A DNA stretch of 30,927 nt. Origin: an uncultured Muribaculaceae bacterium. GTDB taxonomy: Bacteria; Bacillota_I; Bacilli_A; RF39; UBA660. Under the pieces are notes generated by a model. The model saw nothing but the letters and a program-made list of their open reading frames with translations. It ran no database searches and was not told the origin of the DNA. Position 1 is the first letter of the stretch, and the number at the start of each line of letters is the position of its first letter. Positions 1-8,271 of this stretch are shown here, piece after piece. A program made the position numbers and the translations under genes. Location: the NCBI GenBank assembly GCA_964470385.1, contig CAYYCR010000002.1, forward strand, positions 1 through 30,927, written 5' to 3'.

Positions 1-103
1 AGTATCTTGTTTTTTGATATTTTGTTTTTCTAGATTTTTAATTTTTTGTTCTTGCAAAAGAAAAATCATATTTCAAAAATCTCTGAATTATTGTAAGATT
101 TCA

Positions 104-189
104 AACTCTGTTACAGTTTACGGTTGGTATAAAAATTTATAGAATAATTATATTTATATGAGTTACCAGTCGTAAACTACAACAGAGTT
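104..189. repeat. Imperfect 26-bp inverted repeat (arms 104-129 and 164-189, 34-nt AT-rich spacer)
   Basis: AACTCTGTTACAGTTTACGGTTGGTA versus the reverse complement of TACCAGTCGTAAACTACAACAGAGTT; 22 of 26 positions Watson-Crick complementary. Confidence 0.75.
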
Positions 190-273
190 GTATTTTAGAT
201 AAAATGAAAGATACACTCAAGTTGCTGCACCTCAACAGGGACATGCAAAAAATCACATTTCTGCGATAAATTT

Positions 274-298
274 ATTACAGATTTTGAAAATCTGTAAT
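274..298. repeat. Perfect 11-bp hairpin
   Basis: ATTACAGATTT-TGA-AAATCTGTAAT; function unknown. Confidence 0.7.
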
Positions 299-332
299 GT
301 GCATTTTTCTTTATAAAATAAGAGATAATTCG

Positions 333-361
333 TTTACTACTACATTGGAATGTGGTATAAT
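333..361 (+). promoter_or_regulatory. Sigma-A-like promoter of the small peptide gene
   Basis: TTTACT-17 bp-TATAAT with a TG extension of the -10 element. Confidence 0.65.
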
Positions 362-436
362 ATATTTGGAATACAAGACTTTGCCCAGTGTATGCCGAAC
401 TTCCATTCTTATGGATAGAAGGGAGGCCCCACGATT

Positions 437-529
437 ATGAAAAAAAGAGTTTTTATTATAAAGATTCTAAATAACATTATTCTCATTTTGTTCCTTCTAC
501 TTTTATTAGTAGCTGAAATAAAAAAATAG
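437..529 (+). CDS. 30-aa hydrophobic peptide, candidate type I toxin (MKKRVFIIKILNNIILILFLLLLLVAEIKK)
   Basis: Below the ORF-track length cutoff; strong SD AAGGGAGG; basic N-terminus, one hydrophobic helix, lysine tail; own promoter and a convergent antisense unit. Confidence 0.7.
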   Translation: MKKRVFIIKILNNIILILFLLLLLVAEIKK

Positions 530-555
530 CACCCTAATTCAGTGAATTAAGGTGT
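520..555 (-). terminator. Intrinsic terminator of the antisense RNA
   Basis: Minus strand ACACCTTAATTC-ACT-GAATTAGGGTGC followed by TATTTTTTT; the internal mismatch becomes a U-G wobble only on the minus strand. Confidence 0.65.
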
Positions 556-632
556 TTATGCTTTATGGCTAACACCCAACTTTGCTACAAGTCAAGTGTT
601 CCACTTTTTATTTTATGAGGTTTTCCTCATCT
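520..632 (-). ncRNA. Candidate antisense antitoxin RNA (about 110 nt)
   Basis: Lies between a minus-strand promoter (639-667) and a minus-strand terminator (520-555); 5' hairpin ATGAGG-AAAA-CCTCAT (615-630); overlaps the 3' end of the peptide gene; ends are estimated. Confidence 0.6.
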
Positions 633-638
633 ATATAC

Positions 639-667
639 ATTATACTAGATTTTTTTATTTTATGCAA
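639..667 (-). promoter_or_regulatory. Sigma-A-like promoter of the antisense RNA
   Basis: Minus strand TTGCAT-17 bp-TATAAT. Confidence 0.7.
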
Positions 668-810
668 GTTTTCGAGTTGGAAATTTTTTGTTTATTAAAA
701 TGCTAGTTTATTATAGATACCCCCTAGGCATTTTGCCAAATATAGCAAAATAACCTGTTGGAATTTTTTATATAATAAAAATCAGCCATATTTCAGACCG
801 ATAGTATATC

Positions 811-831
811 AAAAGTTCGAATAGTCCGAAC
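811..831 (-). terminator. Terminator just downstream of tRNA-Thr
   Basis: Minus strand GTTCGGA-CTA-TTCGAAC-TTTT, about 12 nt after the CCA end. Confidence 0.55.
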
Positions 832-842
832 AGATTTCCTAA

Positions 843-916
843 TGGTGCCACAAGTAGGAATCGGACCTACGTTAAAGCCTTACCATGGCCTCGTAATACC
901 ATTATACTATTGTGGC
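843..916 (-). tRNA. tRNA-Thr (anticodon GGT)
   Basis: 74-nt cloverleaf: acceptor GCCACAA/TTGTGGC, D arm, anticodon arm AGGCC-ATGGTAA-GGCTT, T arm GTAGG-TCCGATT-CCTAC, discriminator A, encoded CCA. Confidence 0.93.
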
Positions 917-967
917 AGATTACTTGATAATATTAATTATACCACAATTATAAACAAAAGAAAAGAA

Positions 968-996
968 TTGTTTTCCATTTTTGATGATGTTATACT
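968..996 (+). promoter_or_regulatory. pyrG promoter
   Basis: TTGTTT-17 bp-TATACT with TG extension. Confidence 0.6.
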
Positions 997-1005
997 AAAA
1001 AAGAG

Positions 1006-1033
1006 CCTAGGGAGTGTTCTCTAGGATTTTTTT
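1006..1033 (+). terminator. Leader terminator (attenuator) between the pyrG promoter and RBS
   Basis: CCTAGGGA-GTGT-TCTCTAGG followed by ATTTTTTT, immediately before the GGAGG RBS. Confidence 0.6.
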
Positions 1034-1044
1034 GGAGGTATTAT

Positions 1045-2646
1045 ATGACAAAATATGTATTTGTAACAGGTGGAGTTGTATCTGGCCTAGGTAAAGGAAT
1101 TACAGCTTCTTCCTTAGCCCTTTTATTAAAATCAAGAGGCTATAAAGTATTTATGCAAAAATTTGATCCTTACATGAATGTAGATCCTGGCACCATGTCC
1201 CCTCTTCAACATGGAGAGGTCTACGTAACTGCAGATGGTTCTGAGACTGATTTAGACCTTGGACACTATGAACGTTTCATTGATGAAGAACTAAACTATA
1301 CATCTAATATTACCAATGGAAAAGTCTATGCTTCTGTGATTGAAAAAGAACGACATGGAGATTATCTAGGTGCTACAGTCCAAATTATTCCCCATATCAC
1401 AAACGAAATCAAACATAAAGTATATGAAGCTGGAACGAGTAGTAAAGCAGATATCGTCATCACCGAAATTGGGGGAACCATTGGTGACTTAGAATCACAA
1501 ACATTCATTGAATCTCTTAGACAAATTCAATACGAACTTGGAAAAACAAACACCTTTTTCGTTCACACTACCCTAATTCCCTACATCTATGGATCTGGAG
1601 AACTAAAAACAAAACCAACTCAAAAAAGTGTCATTGAACTAAGAAGTATGGGAATTAGTCCTGATGCCCTTGTAGCAAGAACTCCTTACCACTTAGAAAA
1701 CGCCATCAAAGAAAAATTATCCCTTTTCTGTACCGTTTTAGTATCCAATGTCATAGAAGCAATTGATGTTACAAACATCTACCAAATTCCCTTAAACTTC
1801 TATGACCAAAAAATCGATGAAATTATCTTAAGACAATTTGAACTTCCAATCAAAAAAGCAGACTTAAAAAATTGGCAAAATCTCGTTTCTACTGTTGACA
1901 ACTTGGAAAAAGAAATTGAAATCGCCCTAGTTGGAAAATATGTCGAATTACACGATGCTTACCTTTCAGTTGCAGAAGCATTAAAACATGCTGGCTACCA
2001 TTACAAAACTAATATCAAAATAAATTGGATTGATTCCGAAAAATTAGAAGATAAAGATACCAATCTAAAAGAAATATTTGATAGTAGCAAAGGAATTATC
2101 GTTCCTGGAGGATTTGGATATAGAGGTATTGAGGGAAAAATCAAGGCAATCACTTATGCGAGAGAAAATAATATTCCATTTTTAGGTATCTGTTTAGGAA
2201 TGCAATTAGCAGTTATCGAATTTGCTAGAAATGTGTGCAATTTAAAAGAAGCATCCTCAACTGAATTTAAAGAAAATTGTTCTGTTCCAATCATCGATTT
2301 GATGAGCGACCAAAAATCGGTGGTCAATATGGGAGGAACCTTAAGACTTGGAAACTATCCTTGTCATATTTTAAAAAATACTCTTGCATACAAAGATTAT
2401 CAAGTAGAAAATATTTTAGAAAGACATAGACATCGCTACGAATTTAACAATCAATATAAAGAAATACTAGAACAACATGGAATGGTATTTTCTGGAATTA
2501 ATCAGACAAGCAACTTAGTAGAAATTATTGAAATTCCAACACATAAACATTTTATCGCTTGTCAATTTCATCCTGAATTTAAAAGTAGACCAACTAGACC
2601 ACATCCATTATTTGATTCTTTCATTCGGGCCAGTATCAAAAACTAA
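1045..2646 (+). CDS. pyrG: CTP synthase
   Basis: N-terminal KYVFVTGGVVSGLGKGITA; glutaminase motifs GICLGMQ and HPEF; 533 aa. Confidence 0.99.
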   Translation: MTKYVFVTGGVVSGLGKGITASSLALLLKSRGYKVFMQKFDPYMNVDPGTMSPLQHGEVYVTADGSETDLDLGHYERFIDEELNYTSNITNGKVYASVIEKERHGDYLGATVQIIPHITNEIKHKVYEAGTSSKADIVITEIGGTIGDLESQTFIESLRQIQYELGKTNTFFVHTTLIPYIYGSGELKTKPTQKSVIELRSMGISPDALVARTPYHLENAIKEKLSLFCTVLVSNVIEAIDVTNIYQIPLNFYDQKIDEIILRQFELPIKKADLKNWQNLVSTVDNLEKEIEIALVGKYVELHDAYLSVAEALKHAGYHYKTNIKINWIDSEKLEDKDTNLKEIFDSSKGIIVPGGFGYRGIEGKIKAITYARENNIPFLGICLGMQLAVIEFARNVCNLKEASSTEFKENCSVPIIDLMSDQKSVVNMGGTLRLGNYPCHILKNTLAYKDYQVENILERHRHRYEFNNQYKEILEQHGMVFSGINQTSNLVEIIEIPTHKHFIACQFHPEFKSRPTRPHPLFDSFIRASIKN

Positions 2647-2671
2647 CAACATCAAACCGATGTTGTTTTTT
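2645..2671 (+). terminator. Intrinsic terminator after pyrG (likely bidirectional)
   Basis: AACAACATC-AAACC-GATGTTGTT followed by a T tract, between convergent genes. Confidence 0.75.
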
Positions 2672-2685
2672 ACTTAAAAAGAGAA

Positions 2686-5334
2686 CTAAATGTTCTCTTC
2701 CCTAATGGCATCTAAAATATTTTCATGTTTCATCTTTTTCGTTGCGTACATCATAGTAATAAATACAATAATAAATACTCCTAATATCGCAATTCCAACA
2801 CTTTTCCATGGAATCATAATATCATGAAAATTCGTAACATCCATCATTACAAAATGAATCCATAAAATGACTAAAAGAGAGAATGGAAGTCCATATAATA
2901 GGGATTTCGCTCCAAAAAAGAAACTTTCAAAATAAAGAATTTTATTAAATCCACTCGGTGTTAACCCCATACTACGAAGCATAGCAAACTCTTTTCTTCT
3001 AAGAGCAATACTTGTATTAATCGTATTAAATACACTAGTAACTCCAATTAACGTAACAAGACTAATAAATCCATATAACAAAATTGCAATTACTAAATAT
3101 AAATTCTTTGTTTGTTTCATATCTTTTGGATAATTCAAATAAAATATTTGATTTTTGTCAGTCAATCCGTCGATATATTCTGTAATATATTCATCGATTT
3201 TTTTATAATTAGGAACTTTTAAATAAACGGTAATATCATCTAAATAACTGTCATCCTCTACCGTAAATATTTGATTGAAAGTAGATTCTGAAATAATGAT
3301 AACAGGTCTAGTATCCCCTAAGAAATCATGGTCAATGGCAAATGGAATTTTATCTGTAACATAAATATCGGTTAGCGTTCTATCACACATAAAGTCATCT
3401 TTTGAAAGCTCTTCTGATTGTTCCTCCACTTCCTCTGTTTCTGTTTCGTCCAACCTTTTAAAATTACATAAATTAAATTCATAATTTTGTTTTTCATTTT
3501 CTAAAAGTTTTCGATTATAGTTTTTTCTAGAATTATCTTCATAGATGGTATAACGAATTTTATTTAACAAGATTGGTTGTTCTTTGGTTAAGCCCAATTC
3601 TTTTAAGTAAGCTCTGTATGTTTCTTCATCTAAGGAAACCAAATACAGTTCTAAAAAGTTTTCTTCAAAAGCACCGATTTCTTTGTTAACTGTTGATGAT
3701 ATAATTTCTTTTCCATAAGATGTACTAAACTTTCTTCCATATTTTAATGTTTCGTATTGTTCTACTTTGTCATAATTTTTTAACTTTGATAAAAAGTCAC
3801 TATAATCGATTGTTAATGGATTTTGTAATGTTAAACGGATATCATAGTCAGGGATACGAAGAGTACTCTCTGAAGTCTTTAACCCATATTCCACAAAGGT
3901 TGAAAAAGAGACAAATAATACAATACTAATAAACAAGGAAACAATCGTAATTCGATATTTTTTCTTATTTCTCTTTATATTTTTAAGGGCAATATCTCCC
4001 TCGATTCCAAATAAACGTTTTATCCAATTTCCTGTTTTAAGTTTTCGATTTTTTATTTTGATATCATCATTTAATCTGATTGCTTCAATTGGTGTAATTT
4101 TACTTGCTTGATAAGCAGGAATATAAGCTGATACCAATATGGTAATAATCATAAAAGCAATAGGAATGATTAAAAAGATAGGATATGCGGTTAAAACCAA
4201 ATTCGTTCCAAATAAATCAGGAAGTAAATAATTTACAATCGCTAAAACGGTTCCAATACCAATAAAACTACTAATCACTCCTAATGGAATTCCGATTATT
4301 CCCACAATCAAGGCTTCAAAAAATACGGTGTGTCGCAATTGTTTTTTGGTTGCCCCAATACTTGAAAATAGTCCAAATTGTTTTTTCCGTTCCATCACTG
4401 AAATTGCAAAGGAATTATAAATGACAATGATACAACCAATGGATATGAGTGTTAAAACAATCATTAAAACATTAGATAAGGTCGACATAATATTATCGTA
4501 TTTACTAGCACCATAAAGGGCTAATAAAGCCTCATTGTAAGTAATGGAATACTCTTCTTTGCCAATTTCATTTACGACCTTTGAAAGTCCTAGATTTTTA
4601 GCTAAAATCTCACTATCTTGGTAAGCTCTAGAAGGCTTTTTAAATGTCATATAAACATTTACACTAGCATCTTTTTGTGTGTTATCATAGAGTGTTAAAA
4701 AAGTGTAACCAACAGCATTCCAATCTTCAAAGACTGGACGTTCCATAATTCCAACAATGGTATATGTTTTTTCTTCTTTGACTTTTAGTTTTTCAAATTC
4801 TTCTCCAAAATAACTACTGTTTTCATATGTTTCCTCTTCTTCTCCATCAGAAGAAAAAATACGGCTTCCTAATTTTAAAGTCAAGGTATCACCAATATGA
4901 TAGATCACTCCATTATCACTTTCTACTTGATTGGTGATTACAATTTCATTACTATTTTTGGGAAATCTTCCCTTTACTAATTTCATTTGGTCAAAATAGT
5001 TTTCTGAAACAGCATTAACGAAAAAATATTTTCGGTAAGATACTTTAATATCATCAGATTCGCTAAAGCCAATAGGCTGTTCATAAAAATAATGATTGAC
5101 ATGATGGTTATTGGCTAAAATTTCTAATTTACTGTAATTTAATCCAGCTATATACGCATGATAATCGCCTGCACTTTGTTTCAAAGTCCGAACTGCATTA
5201 TCTTGCATGGTGGAAAATAAAAGTCCTATTCCTACCATTAAAGCAGTTGACAAAATAATTCCAATAATCGTTACAATTGTCCTTTTTTTATTCATTTTCA
5301 AATGCTTAACGGTTAGCTCATTTAGTATTTTCAT
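2686..5334 (-). CDS. ABC transporter permease, FtsX/MacB-like (antimicrobial-peptide-type)
   Basis: 882 aa; two FtsX-like TM blocks with ERKKQFGLFSSIGAT and RRKEFAMLRSMGLT motifs and large extracellular loops; overlaps the ATPase stop. Confidence 0.9.
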   Translation of the reverse strand: MKILNELTVKHLKMNKKRTIVTIIGIILSTALMVGIGLLFSTMQDNAVRTLKQSAGDYHAYIAGLNYSKLEILANNHHVNHYFYEQPIGFSESDDIKVSYRKYFFVNAVSENYFDQMKLVKGRFPKNSNEIVITNQVESDNGVIYHIGDTLTLKLGSRIFSSDGEEEETYENSSYFGEEFEKLKVKEEKTYTIVGIMERPVFEDWNAVGYTFLTLYDNTQKDASVNVYMTFKKPSRAYQDSEILAKNLGLSKVVNEIGKEEYSITYNEALLALYGASKYDNIMSTLSNVLMIVLTLISIGCIIVIYNSFAISVMERKKQFGLFSSIGATKKQLRHTVFFEALIVGIIGIPLGVISSFIGIGTVLAIVNYLLPDLFGTNLVLTAYPIFLIIPIAFMIITILVSAYIPAYQASKITPIEAIRLNDDIKIKNRKLKTGNWIKRLFGIEGDIALKNIKRNKKKYRITIVSLFISIVLFVSFSTFVEYGLKTSESTLRIPDYDIRLTLQNPLTIDYSDFLSKLKNYDKVEQYETLKYGRKFSTSYGKEIISSTVNKEIGAFEENFLELYLVSLDEETYRAYLKELGLTKEQPILLNKIRYTIYEDNSRKNYNRKLLENEKQNYEFNLCNFKRLDETETEEVEEQSEELSKDDFMCDRTLTDIYVTDKIPFAIDHDFLGDTRPVIIISESTFNQIFTVEDDSYLDDITVYLKVPNYKKIDEYITEYIDGLTDKNQIFYLNYPKDMKQTKNLYLVIAILLYGFISLVTLIGVTSVFNTINTSIALRRKEFAMLRSMGLTPSGFNKILYFESFFFGAKSLLYGLPFSLLVILWIHFVMMDVTNFHDIMIPWKSVGIAILGVFIIVFITMMYATKKMKHENILDAIREENI

Positions 5335-6014
5335 GATTGCACCAACTCATCACTTATTATTTTTCCATCATCAATCGTAATAATCCTATTTGCATTCAGT
5401 GCTAGATTATAGTCATGGGTAATCATGATGATTGTCTGTTTATATTTTTTGTTCGATAATTTCAATAATTCGATGATTTCTTTCGAAGCTTTGCTATCTA
5501 GGTTTCCTGTTGGTTCATCGGCTAGTAATAAAGCTGGATGATTCATTAAGGCTCTTCCAATCGATACTCTTTGTTGTTGCCCTCCTGATAATTCATTTGG
5601 TAAATGTCCTACTCTACTAGCAAGCCCTAAGGTATCAATAAGTTCATCTAGATAATTTTGATCTACTTTTTTGTTATCTAATAAAATAGGTAGAGTCATA
5701 TTTTCCGTTACATTTAAAATAGGAATTAAGTTATAAAATTGATAGATAAGGCCTACTTGTCGTCTTCTAAAAATCGCCAAATTGGTTTCGTTTAATTGAT
5801 ATACGTCTTCAGAATCGACAAATACTTTACCACTGGTTGGCCTATCAACGCCTCCTAAGATATGAAGTAGCGTTGATTTTCCACTTCCACTCGCACCTAC
5901 GATTGCTACAAATTCTCCTTTTTCAACGGAAAAGCTAACATTGTCTAAGGCACGTACTAAAGTGTCTCCTTTTCCATATTGTTTACATAAGTTTTCTACT
6001 TTTAATATTTCCAT
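5331..6014 (-). CDS. ABC transporter ATP-binding protein (LolD/MacB-type)
   Basis: Walker A GASGSGKST, signature LSGGQQQRV, Walker B LLLADEPTGNLD; start moved to the ATG at 6014 behind RBS AAGGAG. Confidence 0.95.
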   Translation of the reverse strand: MEILKVENLCKQYGKGDTLVRALDNVSFSVEKGEFVAIVGASGSGKSTLLHILGGVDRPTSGKVFVDSEDVYQLNETNLAIFRRRQVGLIYQFYNLIPILNVTENMTLPILLDNKKVDQNYLDELIDTLGLASRVGHLPNELSGGQQQRVSIGRALMNHPALLLADEPTGNLDSKASKEIIELLKLSNKKYKQTIIMITHDYNLALNANRIITIDDGKIISDELVQS

Positions 6015-6030
6015 ATAATTTCTCCTTTTC

Positions 6031-6171
6031 TTATTTTTCACATGATTGGTGGCTAGAAGATAGTGTTAACATTTCTTCTTCTCTTTTTTCAAATATCATC
6101 GCACTTTCTAATAGTGCTATAAAGATGAAAACAAGAATGGTTGGAATAATCCAACAAACAATTTCTTTCAT
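6031..6171 (-). CDS. 46-aa single-TM peptide (MKEIVCWIIPTILVFIFIALLESAMIFEKREEEMLTLSSSHQSCEK)
   Basis: Not in the ORF track; RBS AAAAGGGGGA; its stop abuts the RBS of the ABC ATPase. Confidence 0.55.
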   Translation of the reverse strand: MKEIVCWIIPTILVFIFIALLESAMIFEKREEEMLTLSSSHQSCEK

Positions 6172-6235
6172 AGAGTTCCCCCCTTTTCATATACCATTCT
6201 ATCTAATCAATATGACTTAGAAGTGACTGATATCA

Positions 6236-6249
6236 TGACAGTTTTGTCA
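6236..6249. promoter_or_regulatory. Palindromic response-regulator box upstream of the ABC operon
   Basis: TGACA-N4-TGTCA, resembling the TNACA-N4-TGTAA sites of BceR-like regulators; further GTCA repeats at 11-12 bp spacing toward a -10-like TAGAAT. Confidence 0.55.
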
Positions 6250-6289
6250 CACTTTACTTGGTTTTTAATAAAAAAAGGAAAACTTTCTT

Positions 6290-7513
6290 TTAAATCATAT
6301 TCTTATAGAATTTAATAAAAAAAGTAGTTCCTTCGTTTTCAATCGAGGTTGCATAAATTTCTCCCTTTTGTTTTTCCATTACTTTTTTGGCCATGTTTAA
6401 TCCGACTCCAATTGACTCTTTGTTGCTACTTCCTGTATAAAAACGTTTAAATATATGAGGAAGTTCTTCTTTTTTTATTCCACATCCAGTATCATGAATA
6501 GAAACTTCTGTATAAAGAGGATTATCTTTTATGGCAATGGTTATTTTTCCTCCTTTGTTCGTATGTTCATAGGCATTTTTTAAAACATTGACAAAGACTT
6601 CTACTGTCCAATGAAAATCCATAAGGACTTCCACACTCTCTCCTATCGTTGTTACTTCGATATTTTTTAATTCCATTGGAATTTGAAGTGGTTCTAAAGC
6701 TTGTTCAATTACTTTCTTAATATCTGTTGGTTCTAATTTTAGTTGAATGCTCCCACTATCCAGTCTTGACATTTTTAAAAGAGAGGTTACTAGCCATTCG
6801 ATTCGTTCTAATTGAGTTTTGTTTTTTTCTAAAAATTCTTCTTTTGTTTTTTCATCAATATCTCCTTTTCGAAGTAAGTCATTGATTACATACATACTAG
6901 TAAGTGGCGTTTTAATTTGGTGAGAAATATCAGAAAGTACTTGTTCTAGTTCTTTTTTATCTTGTAAGGAGCGATCTGTTTCTTCTTTTAATTTTATGGT
7001 TAATTTGTAAATATCATTTTTAAGAGTGCTTAAACTTCCCTCTTCGTAATTCTTCATATCTAGGGTATAATTGCCATTTAATACTTGGTCCATATAAATT
7101 CCTAGTTGTTTTAAGCTTTGATATTGTTGGTAGAAAAAAAGTAGATAGGAAACGGAGAGTATGATAAATAAAAAGGTCACCATAAAGATTGTCCACATCG
7201 AAAGTTCTAGTTCTAAGTTATGAAAGTGTTCTAAATAATCTAGTGTACCACTTTCATCTAATCCATATTTTTTTAATATCTTTTTGCCTTCTTCAAAATC
7301 TCCTTTTCCAGAGAGAATGGCGTCTATAACATCTTCTTCTAATTCGGGGTGAGTACTCAAAATAGCTGAAATCATATAGCCATTATTTTTAATAAATTCA
7401 CGTTTGTATTTAGAATCCATCCATTTATGAAAAAATATTCCAACTAAGATAGAAAAAGAAAATAGCAATAATTCTACAAATATCAGTTTTTTAAAGCTTT
7501 TATTTTCTAACAT
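6290..7513 (-). CDS. Sensor histidine kinase
   Basis: Two TM segments; H-box SDISHQIKTPLT; N-box NVLKNAYEH; G boxes DTGCGI and GVGL. Confidence 0.95.
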   Translation of the reverse strand: MLENKSFKKLIFVELLLFSFSILVGIFFHKWMDSKYKREFIKNNGYMISAILSTHPELEEDVIDAILSGKGDFEEGKKILKKYGLDESGTLDYLEHFHNLELELSMWTIFMVTFLFIILSVSYLLFFYQQYQSLKQLGIYMDQVLNGNYTLDMKNYEEGSLSTLKNDIYKLTIKLKEETDRSLQDKKELEQVLSDISHQIKTPLTSMYVINDLLRKGDIDEKTKEEFLEKNKTQLERIEWLVTSLLKMSRLDSGSIQLKLEPTDIKKVIEQALEPLQIPMELKNIEVTTIGESVEVLMDFHWTVEVFVNVLKNAYEHTNKGGKITIAIKDNPLYTEVSIHDTGCGIKKEELPHIFKRFYTGSSNKESIGVGLNMAKKVMEKQKGEIYATSIENEGTTFFIKFYKNMI

Positions 7514-8187
7514 GAGTCACCGACCTTATAGCCAATTCCACGAACGGTCTCAATAATTTTCGGTTCATTCGGATTATCTTCTATTTTTTCTCTGATTCTT
7601 TTAATGTAAACAGTTAGAGTATTATCGTTCACATAAGCTTCATTTACGTCCCATATATCAGCTAATATTTTTTCTCTAGAAAAGACGACATTTTGATTAA
7701 GGGCTAAAATAAGAAGAATTTTATATTCTAGTGCAGTTAACATGACGTCCACTCCGTTTTTAAAAACTTTGGCTTGTTTCATATCAATTTTGATATCTCT
7801 AATGGTAATTACAGAGTCATTTCCTTTGGCGTTTCTTCTTAATACATTTCTAATTCTAGAAATCAGTTCTCTTGCTTTGAATGGTTTTGTAATATAGTCA
7901 TCGGCTCCCATATCAAGGCCTCTTACAATTGAAATTTCTAAATCATTTGCAGTTAAAAAGATAACTGGAATGTCTTTCTTTTGTTTGATTTTTTCAAATA
8001 CGTAATAGCCATCTTCATCAGGTAAGTTGATATCTAACAAAATCAAATCAATTTTTTCTTCATTTACTTTATCGATTGCCTCTTTGGCTGTTTTCGCTTC
8101 GCTCGTTATAAATTCTTCGGCTTCCAAATAATATTTTAGTCCTACTCGTATTGTTTCTTCGTCTTCTACAATTAAAATCTTATACAT
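7507..8187 (-). CDS. OmpR-family response regulator
   Basis: Receiver domain LILLDINLPD...GADDYITKPF and winged helix with ETVRGIGY; ATG at 8187 behind AGGTGA. Confidence 0.95.
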   Translation of the reverse strand: MYKILIVEDEETIRVGLKYYLEAEEFITSEAKTAKEAIDKVNEEKIDLILLDINLPDEDGYYVFEKIKQKKDIPVIFLTANDLEISIVRGLDMGADDYITKPFKARELISRIRNVLRRNAKGNDSVITIRDIKIDMKQAKVFKNGVDVMLTALEYKILLILALNQNVVFSREKILADIWDVNEAYVNDNTLTVYIKRIREKIEDNPNEPKIIETVRGIGYKVGDSC

Positions 8188-8271
8188 GAAAATCACCTAA
8201 TTTCATTATACTATATTTTAGGGATTTCAAAGTGAATAAATTGTCAGAAAAAAAAGCAATGTTTGCTTTTC

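Noticed and set aside
1-69. Minus-strand open frame MIFLLQEQKIKNLEKQNIKNKI running off the window
   Set aside because: Too short to assess, no clear RBS
104-189. CRISPR repeat/anti-repeat (tracrRNA-like) reading of the inverted repeat
   Set aside because: Only a short GTTGTAGTT resemblance; no array or cas gene in the window
700-916. tRNA-Thr 3' end as an integration site for an island containing the toxin locus
   Set aside because: The tRNA keeps an adjacent terminator, and no integrase or duplicated tRNA 3' end is visible; cannot be excluded beyond the left edge
842-1024. 60-aa ORF from the track
   Set aside because: Lies antisense over tRNA-Thr and across the pyrG promoter
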